Assembly: GCA_003056085.1 (NCBI GenBank)
Contig: LSNK01000002.1
Span: 42,485 to 106,484, forward strand
Origin: Parcubacteria group bacterium M6-OD1-1
GTDB lineage: Bacteria > Patescibacteriota > Minisyncoccia > GWC2-36-17 > M10-OD1-4
Length of the DNA stretch: 64,000 nucleotides
Direction: 5' to 3'
The position numbers and the translations under genes were made by a program. The notes under the pieces were generated by a model that saw only the letters and a program-made list of their open reading frames with translations, searched no databases and was not told where the DNA came from. Below are positions 1 through 10,163 of the stretch, one piece after another; the first letter of the stretch is position 1, and each line of letters begins with the position of its first letter.

Positions 1-422
1 TTATGCTCTTGGGCTTCGTCCAAATTTTCTGCATTTTTCCAATAACCGCAAGTATAGACCAATCTTTCACCAAGCATTTTTTCGTAAAGATCATTTCCCG
101 CATCATAATGTTTTTCTCCTATGTTAAATGCCCTGCTTTTTCTGCCCACATTAGAAAGAACAGCCACAAAAAAAGGAAATATCAACTTCCAATTTTTTAT
201 TTTCTCTCCAAAATCAATTTTTAGAGCTCTTGCTATAACTTCATCCAAATTTTCAGAATCCCACCATCCATCCATATAAGCTTCACCCAAACCGAGTGTT
301 CCTTGACTCAAAATTCTCTTATAAAGATCCTCATTATTAACCTTAACATCATAGGGAGCATCTCCGTTTATTGTAATCCCGCTTCCCTCAAGTAAAGCCT
401 CTATTCTTTTTTTATAATTCAT
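1..422 (-). CDS. cfa: Cyclopropane-fatty-acyl-phospholipid synthase, N-terminal part (5' partial view: the gene continues beyond the window start). Start codon at 420-422 (minus); not in the ORF track because there is no in-window stop.
   Basis: Own translation of the minus strand gives MNYKKRIEALLEGSGITINGDAPYDVKVNNEDLYKRILSQGTLGLGEAYMDGWWDSENLDEV...GEKHYDAGNDLYEKMLGERLVYTCGYWKNAENLDEAQEH. It is colinear with the E. coli Cfa N-terminus (INGSAPADIRVKNPDFFKRVLQEGSLGLGESYMDGWW...[37 protein letters not shown]). Confidence 0.8.
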   Translation of the reverse strand, partial: MNYKKRIEALLEGSGITINGDAPYDVKVNNEDLYKRILSQGTLGLGEAYMDGWWDSENLDEVIARALKIDFGEKIKNWKLIFPFFVAVLSNVGRKSRAFNIGEKHYDAGNDLYEKMLGERLVYTCGYWKNAENLDEAQEH

Positions 423-606
423 CCTATCTTTAACAAATAAATAATAATTTCATTACATTTATATTTTATATTGTGGATAATTTTATGTCAAACAAAGCAA
501 AAAATTGTTATAATTTAAAGACAAGTTAATAATTAATAAGAATTTACTCTCACTTAATAAATTTTGTATTTTTTGAAAAATTATATGAGAATAAATCTTT
601 AAAAAT

Positions 607-888
607 ATGGAATGCAATGTAGGAAAAACCGAAAAAATTGTCAGATTAATTTTGGGACTCGTATTTGTGTGGCTTGGCTACGCAGGAAGCCCATGGTGGT
701 ATCTTGTTGCTATTATCTTGATATTGACGGCATCAATAGGTTTCTGCCCGCTAAGCAAGCTTTTAGGTATTAATACCTGTAAGCAAAAAGAAACAAAAGG
801 AGAGGATAAAACCTCTATTCCGGAAAAAACGGAACCTCAGGAAGAACAACAAACAGAGTCGGAACAGAAAACAGAAGAAAACAACTAA
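607..888 (+). CDS. Small two-TM membrane protein, DUF2892/YgaP-like (GxCP...TC motif), with an acidic Q/E-rich tail
   Basis: ORF track 93 aa; hydrophobic helices LILGLVFVWLGY and YLVAIILILTASIGFCPLSKLLGINTC. Confidence 0.5.
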   Translation: MECNVGKTEKIVRLILGLVFVWLGYAGSPWWYLVAIILILTASIGFCPLSKLLGINTCKQKETKGEDKTSIPEKTEPQEEQQTESEQKTEENN

Positions 889-898
889 GAACGAAAAA

Positions 899-936
899 AT
901 CCCTTTACTTAATATTAGATAAAGGGATTTTTTTAT
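899..936 (+). terminator. Rho-independent terminator (atcccttta...taaagggat followed by T8)
   Basis: 9-bp perfect stem plus T-run immediately after the 607..888 stop. Confidence 0.6.
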
Positions 937-1114
937 TTAAAAATAATCTTATAAGTATTAGGACTCTTCAAACTCCTGCTCTTTCCCGCACCAAGGACAA
1001 AACCAAATATTTCTTTCACTCGGCGGATCGCCTATCCCCCACCATTTATTACAAACATGGCATCTGAAATGATTAAAATGCTCTACGGATCTTTGTCCTT
1101 TCTTTTTTTTCTTA

Positions 1115-1711
1115 TTATTTTCCATAACTTATCTTATTAAATAACTCTTTTTCATTTTCTTTTAAAATTTCTATTATTTTATTAAAATATTCTTGCGCAT
1201 CTTTTGAAATTGAAACTTTATCTTTTTTGCTTTCAATAAGCATACTTAAAGTAATATCTTTTTCTTTCCATGTTCTTCCGCCATCCATATAAATATTCAA
1301 CACGGGCTGAATCTTATCTAACGCATAAATAAATTTGCTTTCTTTATCTTTTTTATTTTCGTATTCATCAATTAAATCATGTAATTCAGAAAACTCAGAA
1401 AATTCTTTTTTAAGACGTTCTGCCGCGTCTTTTTCTCTTTGCTCCTTGCTTGCTTTAAGTTCTTCATCTTCTGAATACACATAAGTGTCTCCAGCATAAA
1501 CCTCAACAAAGTCATGAATAAGAGCGTATTTTATAACCAAATCAATATCTAAGTCCAAATCTTTCAAACTAACAATATACCAAGCAAGCATAGCAAGCTG
1601 GTAACTATGCTCAATGTCATTTTCCATCCTGTTTTCGCCATTAACTAAAATCGTTCTTTTGACTTGTCCAAATTCATTTAATATTTTCTGAAATTTTAGA
1701 ATGTCTAACAT
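1115..1711 (-). CDS. HD-domain phosphohydrolase (YfbR-like 5'-deoxynucleotidase family)
   Basis: H...HD motif: HSYQLAMLAWY...LIHDFVEVYAGDT. Confidence 0.7.
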   Translation of the reverse strand: MLDILKFQKILNEFGQVKRTILVNGENRMENDIEHSYQLAMLAWYIVSLKDLDLDIDLVIKYALIHDFVEVYAGDTYVYSEDEELKASKEQREKDAAERLKKEFSEFSELHDLIDEYENKKDKESKFIYALDKIQPVLNIYMDGGRTWKEKDITLSMLIESKKDKVSISKDAQEYFNKIIEILKENEKELFNKISYGK

Positions 1712-1715
1712 AATT

Positions 1716-2198
1716 TTATTTTTTGTAATTTGAAAATAATTTCTCTAAAACCATATCAAACCCAGGCAATAAATCAAAATTTCCAATATCCTCCAAACTA
1801 ATCCATTTATAATCTTGTGCTTCCCAATCCATAACTATCTTATTTGTTTTTACTCCAACCAGTACGGGATGAACTATCCATGTTTTATTGTATTTTGGCG
1901 CATCTTGATGAAATATTTCTTTCATTTCAATAAATGTTATATCCTCTTTTTTTATACCTAATTCCTCTTCTATCTCATCTTCAACTTTTTGATTAAAGCT
2001 TCTATCATCATCTAAAAAACCTGAGATGCCATTCCAATGCTCTGGATAAAAATTTAACTCCTTGCTTCTTTGTACAATTAAAAATTTTTCTTCAAATTTA
2101 AGCACACAATTAATAACTGGCGCCCATTTTATATTAGTATAATCAACCTGTCCCGGTTTCAATTTAAATTTTGATTTTTTTATACCCTTATTTCCCAT
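1716..2198 (-). CDS. NUDIX hydrolase. The start is probably the internal Met (MGNKGIKK) rather than the track start at 2285, which would overlap secA by about 100 nt.
   Basis: Nudix-box-like GFLDDDRSFNQKVEDEIEEELGI. Confidence 0.6.
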   Translation of the reverse strand: MGNKGIKKSKFKLKPGQVDYTNIKWAPVINCVLKFEEKFLIVQRSKELNFYPEHWNGISGFLDDDRSFNQKVEDEIEEELGIKKEDITFIEMKEIFHQDAPKYNKTWIVHPVLVGVKTNKIVMDWEAQDYKWISLEDIGNFDLLPGFDMVLEKLFSNYKK

Positions 2199-4827
2199 GA
2201 CATTTTTTATATTTTTTTCCACTACCACAAGGACAAGGGTCGTTTCTCCCCACTTTTTCTTCTTTTTCTTTCTGTTCATTTTCATTTTCTCTTCCCATTA
2301 CGGCATTTTGCGGCATTGCCTGTTGCGCCTGTGCAACCGGACCGATTTTGTATATTGTATTTGCTATATTCCTGCCAACAGAATCCAAAAGACCTTCAAA
2401 CATCATATGAGCTTCATTTTTAAATTCTACAAGCGGATCTTTCTGTCCGTAAGCTCTCAGTCTTACCGAATCTTTCAAATAATCAACTTCTTCTAAATGA
2501 TCCATCCAAAGAGTATCTATGCTTCGCAGCATCACTACTCTTTCAGCTTGCCTCATTATATCTTCGGACATTTCTTTTTCTTTCCATGTATAAGCCCCCC
2601 TCGCAACATCTTTTAAATATTCTTTAATTTTTTCTCTTCTTTCCTCCGGAGAAACAGACTCTTTTGAAAGATCTATTATCTTCCTCCTTGAGTCGTTTGG
2701 CGTCGGCATTATTGTATTTATATCTTCTGATATTTCCTCCAGATTCCATCTTTCAGAATAATCTTCTTGAGTATGCGCAGTCACAATTTTATCAATTTCC
2801 TCATCAATAAAACCTAAAACTTTTTTCTTGGTGTCTTTTACTGTCAGCATATCTCTCCTTACAGAATAAACAGCTTCTCTTTGCCTGTTCATAACCTCGT
2901 CGTACTGCAAGACATGATTTCTTGAATCAAAATTAAATCCTTCAACCTTTTTCTGAGATGCTTCAATTGATCTTGTAATTATTGAATTTTTAATCGGCTG
3001 ATCCTCGGGTACTCCTAAAGTATCCATCATTGCTTTTATTTTATCCGCTCCGAAAATTCTCATTAAGTCGTCCTCCATAGAAATGAAAAACTGAGAAGAA
3101 CCGGGATCGCCTTGTCTTCCCGCTCTACCTCTCAACTGGTTGTCTATTCTTCTTGACTCATGCCTCTCTGTACCAAAAACAGCAAGCCCTCCAAGCTCTT
3201 TGACCTTCTTCGCTTCTTCTTCAACAAAAGGACTTCCGCCCAAAATAATATCAACACCACGACCGGCCATATTTGTTGCAACGGTAACTGCGCCCACTTT
3301 TCCGGCTTGAGCTATTATCTCTCCTTCCCTTTGATGATTTTTTGCATTTAAAACTTCGTGCGGTATTCCTTCTTTTTTTAAAAGCTCCGCAAGATATTCA
3401 TTTTTTTGAATTGATCCCGTACCTATCAAAACCGGCCTGCCGGATTCGTTTAATTTTCTTATTTCTTTAATTAACGCCTTAAACTTTCCTTTTTCAGTTT
3501 TGTAAACCAAATCATGGTGATCCTTTCTTATATTTTCTTTATTTGACGGAATCTGAATAACATCCATGCCAAAAACAGACCTAAACTCCTCCTCAGATGT
3601 ATATGCGGTTCCGGACATTCCGGAAAGCTTATCATAAAGCCTAAAATAATTTTGAAATGTAATAGAAGCCAATGTTCTTGACTCTCTTTGCACCATAACA
3701 CCTTCCTTTGCCTCAAGCGCTTGATGAAGCCCTTCGGAATATCTTCTTCCGGGCATTAGTCTTCCTGTAAATTCATCAACTATAATAATCTCCCCATCTT
3801 TCACCACATAATCTTTATCTTTTTTAAAAAGAGTTTGTGCCCTTAAAGCTTGCTCAAGATGATGAACATACCTCAAGCCTGACCCCCCGGATATTGTGGT
3901 GTCGTAAATATTATCAATTTTTAAAATACTTTCAATTTTATCAATCCCGGCTTCTGTTAAAGAAACGGCTCTCATTTTCTCATCTATATTGTAATGCTCA
4001 TTTTCTCTTAAGTTTGGAATAATACTTGCAAACTGGGCATAAAGATCAGTTGAATCTTCATGCGGAGCGGATATTATCAAAGGCGTTCTTGCCTCATCTA
4101 TTAAAATAGAGTCAACCTCATCAACTATTGCAAAATTATTTCCTCTGCCGACAACTTCCTCCAAAGACGGAGCCATATTGTCGCGCAAGTAGTCAAAACC
4201 AAGTTCGTTGTTAGTGCAAAAAGTTATATCAGCGGCATACGCTTCTTTTCTTGTACAGGTTTTTAAAAATTCATCTACAATTTTAAAACTTCCCTCTTCG
4301 TCATGTTTTTCATCAAGCTCTTTTGCATTTTCTGTTTCCGGATTCGTATAAAGATAAGACATCGCATGATTAACGCAACCAACAGAAAGCCCAAGAGCAT
4401 CATAAACCTGCCCCATCCAAACCGCATCTCTTTTTGCTAAATAATCATTAACCGTCACGATATGAACCCCCTTTTCAGAAAGCGCATTTAAATAAGCAGG
4501 CAAAGTAGCCACTAAAGTTTTTCCTTCTCCGGTTTTCATTTCGGCAATATTTCCGCGATGAAGCGTCATCCCACCCATAAGCTGAACATCATAATGCCTC
4601 AAACCCAGGGTCAACTGCGAAGCTTTTCTTACCAATGCAAAAACTTCCGGTAAAATATCGTCTAAAGTTTCACCCTTTTTTAATCTTTCTTTAAATTTTT
4701 CAGTTTCCTTTTTTAAATCTTCCACAGAAAAAGACTCAAACTTTGATTCAAGTTCATTTATCTTGTCTACCGTACCTTGTAATTTTTTTACATTTTTTTT
4801 ATTAAGACTTCCGAAAATTGAAAACAT
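2188..4827 (-). CDS. secA: Preprotein translocase ATPase SecA
   Basis: 879 aa; LMGGMTLHRGNIAEMKTGEGKTLVATLPAYLNAL, DEVDSILIDEARTPLIIS, C-terminal zinc finger CPCGSGKKYKKCHG. Confidence 0.97.
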   Translation of the reverse strand: MFSIFGSLNKKNVKKLQGTVDKINELESKFESFSVEDLKKETEKFKERLKKGETLDDILPEVFALVRKASQLTLGLRHYDVQLMGGMTLHRGNIAEMKTGEGKTLVATLPAYLNALSEKGVHIVTVNDYLAKRDAVWMGQVYDALGLSVGCVNHAMSYLYTNPETENAKELDEKHDEEGSFKIVDEFLKTCTRKEAYAADITFCTNNELGFDYLRDNMAPSLEEVVGRGNNFAIVDEVDSILIDEARTPLIISAPHEDSTDLYAQFASIIPNLRENEHYNIDEKMRAVSLTEAGIDKIESILKIDNIYDTTISGGSGLRYVHHLEQALRAQTLFKKDKDYVVKDGEIIIVDEFTGRLMPGRRYSEGLHQALEAKEGVMVQRESRTLASITFQNYFRLYDKLSGMSGTAYTSEEEFRSVFGMDVIQIPSNKENIRKDHHDLVYKTEKGKFKALIKEIRKLNESGRPVLIGTGSIQKNEYLAELLKKEGIPHEVLNAKNHQREGEIIAQAGKVGAVTVATNMAGRGVDIILGGSPFVEEEAKKVKELGGLAVFGTERHESRRIDNQLRGRAGRQGDPGSSQFFISMEDDLMRIFGADKIKAMMDTLGVPEDQPIKNSIITRSIEASQKKVEGFNFDSRNHVLQYDEVMNRQREAVYSVRRDMLTVKDTKKKVLGFIDEEIDKIVTAHTQEDYSERWNLEEISEDINTIMPTPNDSRRKIIDLSKESVSPEERREKIKEYLKDVARGAYTWKEKEMSEDIMRQAERVVMLRSIDTLWMDHLEEVDYLKDSVRLRAYGQKDPLVEFKNEAHMMFEGLLDSVGRNIANTIYKIGPVAQAQQAMPQNAVMGRENENEQKEKEEKVGRNDPCPCGSGKKYKKCHGK

Positions 4828-5008
4828 GCCAATATTATTTAAATTTATAAACGAAACTCAATACGCAGTGTTAAATTTAACTACAATATTGAGCACCCCT
4901 TACTTGGACCGCTAAAAAACAAATTATAAAATTCTAATAAATAATTTATTTTTTAAACTAAAGTTAATAGATAAGGTTTTTAATCCCGCTGAAATGAGAA
5001 CAAAACCC

Positions 5009-5416
5009 TTATTTTTCCTTACCAAACCAAGCCATAGGAGATATGGAAGTCAGTCTTTTTAAAAGCCTCGCTCCCTTTTTGCTTTGTGTTTGTTTTTTGC
5101 TCTTGCCTTCCGTTAATTGTCTTTCCATTATATCTTTTGCAGTATCCAACGCCACTCTTATATCTCTATCTTTTGCTTCTGATCTTAAAAGCTCTCCTTT
5201 TACTTTCATATTAATTTCAGCTCTTAAAACATCTCCGTGTTTGTGATGTTTTGTCGTTCTTGCTATTTCAACAAATGCTTCTACTGGTGCGGTCTCTCCT
5301 GTTTTAACATCCTCTGAAATATTAATAAATCTTTCCAAAGAGCCTATTTTCTCATTTATATATGTACTTATAGCCGGCGTAAGTTCTAAATTTGTAGATT
5401 TTATATCTATTTTCAT
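5009..5416 (-). CDS. hpf: Ribosome hibernation promoting factor / RaiA (long form with a basic tail)
   Basis: MKIDIKSTNLELTPAISTYINEKIGSLERF...VEIARTTKHHKHGDVLRAEINMKV matches the sigma-54 modulation / YfiA family. Confidence 0.85.
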   Translation of the reverse strand: MKIDIKSTNLELTPAISTYINEKIGSLERFINISEDVKTGETAPVEAFVEIARTTKHHKHGDVLRAEINMKVKGELLRSEAKDRDIRVALDTAKDIMERQLTEGKSKKQTQSKKGARLLKRLTSISPMAWFGKEK

Positions 5417-5522
5417 AAGAATATATTAATGATTATATTTTCATATTACTCCAAAAAAACTAATTTGTAAATTAAGAGCCTAAATGTTAAAATATTGACA
5501 GTAATAATTAATTTTTAAACTT

Positions 5523-5801
5523 ATGAACCTTGAAGCAATACCTAATAATAATGAGGAGTCTTCTGAAAGAGAAGACCTCAAAAGTGAGCACGAAGCAAAC
5601 TCTGCATTAAGTCATGGTCAAGAATTAATGACAGAAGTTCTTAAAGGAGCTTCTCCGGAGAAAATGGAAGACCCTCAGTTCAGACTTGCTGCAGAAAATA
5701 CATTGAGTGAGAAATTCAACGAGCTTGATCAATTGGGAAAAAGCGACGAAGAAATAAAAGTGGCTCTCGAAGACGAATTAAACAAATTATCTCAATTCTA
5801 A
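5523..5801 (+). CDS. Hypothetical acidic protein
   Basis: ORF only; followed by a terminator. Confidence 0.35.
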   Translation: MNLEAIPNNNEESSEREDLKSEHEANSALSHGQELMTEVLKGASPEKMEDPQFRLAAENTLSEKFNELDQLGKSDEEIKVALEDELNKLSQF

Positions 5802-5802
5802 A

Positions 5803-5843
5803 AAACAAAAAAACCGGTGAAATATTTTAGCCGGTTTTTTTGT
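5803..5843. terminator. Bidirectional rho-independent terminator (A-run, aaccgg...ccggtt, T-run)
   Basis: Hairpin flanked by an A7 tract and a T8 tract between convergent genes. Confidence 0.65.
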
Positions 5844-5856
5844 TTGTCTAAATTTT

Positions 5857-6429
5857 TTATTTAAATAATTCCGGATCTTCAATAACTTCAGCTTCTAAAA
5901 TCTCTTTTGTGTCTTTTTTTTCAGAATGCTTTTTTGAATAAAAAGCTCCTTTGTACTCTTTTGCTTTTGACAAGACATACAAACCCAAAACACGCGTTCC
6001 ATATCTTAAGATGATAAATGACATTATACTCAAAAGAAACTGCCATTCTCCTGTAATTAAGGTTAGAATTATCGCCACTATAGAAACCGCTTGAAGGAAA
6101 AATATTGCAAGAAAACCCCAACCTCCCCATAAATAAAATATTACTAATATGGAATACAAAAACAGAAACGCTACATAAAAGTAAGAAAGAAACATGAGCG
6201 AAATACCGGAAAAAATACGGGTTTTTTCAAAAAAAGATGCAGGCAGTAAAACAAATACTATTATAAAAGCTAAAACTGAGCTTACTGCATCCAAAAGCGG
6301 TAAAATTTTATCTGCGAGCGCAATCCCACCAAACAACAGTAAAAATGGAACCGCTAAAATCGCAACAAAAATAACAATAGAGGTATTGTTTAAAAAAAAG
6401 AATCTTTGAAATATTTGAAACTTACTCAT
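5857..6429 (-). CDS. Polytopic membrane protein, unknown function
   Basis: 190 aa, 4-5 hydrophobic helices. Confidence 0.5.
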   Translation of the reverse strand: MSKFQIFQRFFFLNNTSIVIFVAILAVPFLLLFGGIALADKILPLLDAVSSVLAFIIVFVLLPASFFEKTRIFSGISLMFLSYFYVAFLFLYSILVIFYLWGGWGFLAIFFLQAVSIVAIILTLITGEWQFLLSIMSFIILRYGTRVLGLYVLSKAKEYKGAFYSKKHSEKKDTKEILEAEVIEDPELFK

Positions 6430-6677
6430 TTATTTTTATATAAAACTCTCCACCAATACTTGCCTTGAAAAAAACCAAACAAAAGCCCTCCTCCTAAAGT
6501 AATGCCCGCCCATATCTTGTGAATAAAAAACCAATTATTTACTGAGAAGCCTAAACTGTATTTTTCAAAGTCACCAACGAGAAGATCTATGCCTGCTATT
6601 TCAATCACCGAGTGAATTAAAAAACCCAAAAGTAAGCCTAAAAAAGAAAATGATATTATATAAACTAATTTTTTCAT
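6426..6677 (-). CDS. Small membrane protein
   Basis: 83 aa, two TM helices, 4-nt overlap with the downstream gene. Confidence 0.4.
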   Translation of the reverse strand: MKKLVYIISFSFLGLLLGFLIHSVIEIAGIDLLVGDFEKYSLGFSVNNWFFIHKIWAGITLGGGLLFGFFQGKYWWRVLYKNK

Positions 6678-6710
6678 ATTTACCCAAAAATAAATAGCTT
6701 TAATTTAAAA

Positions 6711-7832
6711 TTATATATTTTTGTAATTAGTCAAAAATAAATTTATATCTTCTACATCTGCTCTTATATTTTCATTTTTTAATTCTTCAGGAGAAATATT
6801 TTTCATATCATCACAAACCCAAAGATAAGTTATATATTCATCAATAAATCCATCTTGAGACTGCCTCACGAGCTCCACAAGAGCTCTTGTTCTATGTTGA
6901 TCTATCTTGTAAGATCTTCTCTGTTCCAAAGCTTGCTGCACATCCGCCAAATGAATCACATCGGACAACTTTAAACTAATAGACAAAGATGTTGTAGAAA
7001 TAGGTATTTTCAATTGATCTGTTTTTTTATGTTTATAATTGTGATGTTGTCCTGCAAGTTTTGCTTCTACTGGTAATCCTGCATCATTTAAAATTCTCTT
7101 TGAGATCTCTTCATGCGCCTCCATTATTTGTTTTAAAGACATTTTAGAAGAAAAACCTTTTTCTTCAAGCGCTAAAATTTCTTTTTCTGACAAAACATTT
7201 TTCATAGGAACAAACCTCATAGCCCTTATATGTTTTTTTATTAAAGATGTTTTTAAATCATCTTCCTTAGGAAAACTTTCTTGAGGCATGTTTATTTCAT
7301 CAAAAAGAATTTGTTTTATATGATTGTCACTGTCTTTGCCATAAACTATCTGACACAAATTATTCATCCATTCAGAATCTGTCAAACTGTTATGCAAAAC
7401 AAAACTTGGTATTTCAACCTTACCAATATCATGAAAGAGACAAGCTCTATAAAAAACTTCCAGCTCCATACCCTCATTTTTTATGAGGTCAGCTATAACG
7501 ATTTGATCTCCGAGCATCTTTTCCACTTTTTCCTTGGCAATCAAGTATGTCTTAACGCAATGCTCAAATGTTCCTTTATCGTACAATTCCATAACAGCGA
7601 GCATTTTCCAATCATTTTCCGTCAAAAATTCAATAGAAACTACACCTTGAAGCCGCTCTATTTGTTCATAAAGTAAATCTTTTTCTTCAAGTTCTTCCAA
7701 TATAGCGTCATAATCGCCTTTTTGAGCTATATCACGAGCAATTTTTTCACGATGTAATTCTTCTTCGTCTTTGTCTTCCGAATTTTCATCATTAAAATCC
7801 TCATCTGGTAATTCCAAATTTTCAACTGACAT
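6711..7832 (-). CDS. HD-domain protein (metal-dependent phosphohydrolase) with an acidic N-terminus
   Basis: ACLFHDIGKVEIP HD signature, later AGQHHNYKH. Confidence 0.55.
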   Translation of the reverse strand: MSVENLELPDEDFNDENSEDKDEEELHREKIARDIAQKGDYDAILEELEEKDLLYEQIERLQGVVSIEFLTENDWKMLAVMELYDKGTFEHCVKTYLIAKEKVEKMLGDQIVIADLIKNEGMELEVFYRACLFHDIGKVEIPSFVLHNSLTDSEWMNNLCQIVYGKDSDNHIKQILFDEINMPQESFPKEDDLKTSLIKKHIRAMRFVPMKNVLSEKEILALEEKGFSSKMSLKQIMEAHEEISKRILNDAGLPVEAKLAGQHHNYKHKKTDQLKIPISTTSLSISLKLSDVIHLADVQQALEQRRSYKIDQHRTRALVELVRQSQDGFIDEYITYLWVCDDMKNISPEELKNENIRADVEDINLFLTNYKNI

Positions 7833-8136
7833 TATTTTATGAGTTACTATTTCACACTCTCAATGTACCCATATTATACCATAAAAAGACCATATAAGTA
7901 AAATAATGATATCCACTTTAAAAAAGAGCCGGCCCCAATCAGGACCAGCTCTTATAATTAATTAAAAATAAAGCCTTTTGGAACTATTGTAATTCCATCT
8001 TTTATTATTAAACCTCTTTCTTTAATTGTTTGTTGTTTTTATTCATGTTTAAATTATATTTTAAATATGAATATTGCAACTAATTCTTAAATTTATCATC
8101 TCTATACGTTCGTTTATTATGTTCATACAAGAAAAA

Positions 8137-8168
8137 AGGTCAACCCTGTTAGATTGACCTTTAAAACT
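8137..8168 (-). terminator. Terminator for the 8180..8395 gene (aaggtcaa...ttgacctt plus T-run on the minus strand)
   Basis: 8-bp stem, T6 on the minus strand. Confidence 0.5.
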
Positions 8169-8179
8169 ATTTGCAAATA

Positions 8180-8395
8180 CTATGCATATTTACCCCAATT
8201 AATCTCTCTAGTCTCACGAATTACAGCTTCAGGGGTTAACCTCGCGCGTAATTTTGGTATGATTTTGTTTGCCCAAATCTCAAACTGCTTTTCTTCTTCT
8301 TCCGTTCTTAGACAACAATAAAGGTAAACTGTTTGCAGAGGACGAGCTACTAATCTATTTGCAGCCTCTATATTTATCATTTCTATTCTTTCCAT
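8180..8395 (-). CDS. Hypothetical 71-aa protein, locally higher GC, flanked by an imperfect 20-nt direct repeat
   Basis: ORF with its own terminator; the direct repeat is catacaagaaaaaaRgtcaa at 8125-8144 and 8443-8462. Confidence 0.4.
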   Translation of the reverse strand: MERIEMINIEAANRLVARPLQTVYLYCCLRTEEEEKQFEIWANKIIPKLRARLTPEAVIRETREINWGKYA

Positions 8396-8673
8396 AGTAA
8401 ATCTCCAATTACTAACTACATATCTACGCTCACACTATTGCATACAAGAAAAAAAGTCAAGCTTTTAAATAAGATGAGATATCTAAGAGTCCAAACATAC
8501 TGAGCTACTCATAAATAATTACAAAAAAAACCGATTAAATCGTATGATTTGGTCGGTTGAATAATACTGTATATTAAAAACCAGATTTAAATATCCAATC
8601 TGCAATAAAGAGCATAATCATAAATAACGTAGTGAAATATGGATAACAATAAAAAAACATTCTTAATAAAACA

Positions 8674-9003
8674 CTATATACAACGGAAGTTTTGGCATAT
8701 AATTCTCCCGAGTAAAAAACCTGAATTAAAGCCGATATAAACTAAAATCCAAATACCAACAGTAACAACAAAAAACAAATAAACAGAAATCATAACTGGA
8801 AAATCTTTATTTTTTCTCTTTTGATTGATTTTATAAACCGAGTGACCTCTTAACACTCCAAGATCGGGTGATCTTTCGTACGTTTCCGGCTTTCCTATAA
8901 AAATATTGCAAACATCACAAAACAAAAGTTCGTTTTTTATTTTTAAAATATTATTGCAAATTTTACAAAAATATTTTTTATTTTGTTGTGATTTTTCCTC
9001 CAT
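8674..9003 (-). CDS. Zinc-ribbon (CxxC...CxxC) protein with a C-terminal TM anchor. The Met at MEEKSQ is preferred over the track's TTG start at 9069.
   Basis: FCKICNN...CDVCNIF plus hydrophobic VYLFFVVTVGIWILVYIGF. Confidence 0.5.
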   Translation of the reverse strand: MEEKSQQNKKYFCKICNNILKIKNELLFCDVCNIFIGKPETYERSPDLGVLRGHSVYKINQKRKNKDFPVMISVYLFFVVTVGIWILVYIGFNSGFLLGRIICQNFRCI

Positions 9004-9065
9004 AAGCTTTTTTTTTAAATTATACTCTATATTTTCTAAAAAATAAAAAACATTGATAAAAATTA

Positions 9066-10028
9066 TCAATGTTTTTTAGAAAGTTTATGAAATAAAGCTC
9101 TCACTTTTTCTATACTCTCAGGATCATATATTGAAACCGGCATAACATTGGGAGAAATTTTCTTTAAAATTTTTAATTTTTCTTCTATCTCCTTTGGTGT
9201 GAAAATATCATGTTTTGTTAAAAATATATATTCTTCCCTGCCGGCAAGCTCAGTGTCATAATCTTTCAGCTCATTTTTTATAATATTATAATCTTCAACT
9301 AAGTCTTCTGATTCCGAGGAAATAAAATGCACCAACGTCCTCGTTCTTTTTATATGTTTTAAAAACTTAATACCAAGCCCCTTGCCGGAAGATGCCCCCA
9401 AAATAAGACCGGGAATGTCAGCTAAAATGATTCCATCTAAAACCCCGAGATTCGGCTCAAGTGTTGTAAATTTATAATTTGCAACTTTTGCGCTTGCTTC
9501 CGTAAGTTCATTTAACATACTTGATTTTCCTGCATTTGGAAAACCAACAAAACCAATTTGCGCTATAAGTTGAAGTTCTAAAAATATTTTAAAATACTCC
9601 CCTTCTTTTCCTTCTTCAAATTCTTTTGGCGAAGTGTTTCTTGAGGACTTAAATTCAAAATTCCCCCTTCCGCCAATGCCGCCGGAAGCCATTTTTATAG
9701 TTTCTCCAACTTTTAAAATTTCTTGTTTTTCTTTTGTGTCCAAGTTAGCAACTATCGTGCCTATCGGAAGTTTTAATATTATGTCCTCTCCGTTTCTTCC
9801 ATGCATTTTTTTTGTCATGCCGTTTTGTCCTTTTTCCGCTTGAAAGCTTTTTTTAAATCTAAACTGATTTAAAGCTCCAAGATCAGAAACTCCAACAGCA
9901 AAAACAGAGCCGCCATCGCCGCCGTTACCGCCATCTATTCCCTCCTTGGACTTGCTTCCATCAAAGTGAGCGCGTCCGTCTCCTCCGCGTCCGCCTTTAA
10001 TTTCTATTGTTACCTCATCTACCAACAT
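9066..10028 (-). CDS. obg: GTPase Obg/CgtA
   Basis: Glycine-rich Obg fold (GGRGGDGRAHF...GGNGGDGGSV) plus G-domain GFVGFPNAGKSSMLNELT. Confidence 0.95.
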   Translation of the reverse strand: MLVDEVTIEIKGGRGGDGRAHFDGSKSKEGIDGGNGGDGGSVFAVGVSDLGALNQFRFKKSFQAEKGQNGMTKKMHGRNGEDIILKLPIGTIVANLDTKEKQEILKVGETIKMASGGIGGRGNFEFKSSRNTSPKEFEEGKEGEYFKIFLELQLIAQIGFVGFPNAGKSSMLNELTEASAKVANYKFTTLEPNLGVLDGIILADIPGLILGASSGKGLGIKFLKHIKRTRTLVHFISSESEDLVEDYNIIKNELKDYDTELAGREEYIFLTKHDIFTPKEIEEKLKILKKISPNVMPVSIYDPESIEKVRALFHKLSKKH

Positions 10029-10163
10029 AACATTTAGCTTAATAAAGCTTAAAAATTTAATTTCTTAGCTTAATCAGCTTATAATAAAACAATACAAATA
10101 ACAATACTGGAGCTATAAAAAAACAGCCCCTAAAGATGCGGGCTGTTTTCTTAAAAAACTATT

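Noticed and set aside
3-224. Plus-strand ORF of 73 aa at the window start
   Set aside because: It is antisense to a clearly homologous cfa N-terminal coding region on the minus strand.
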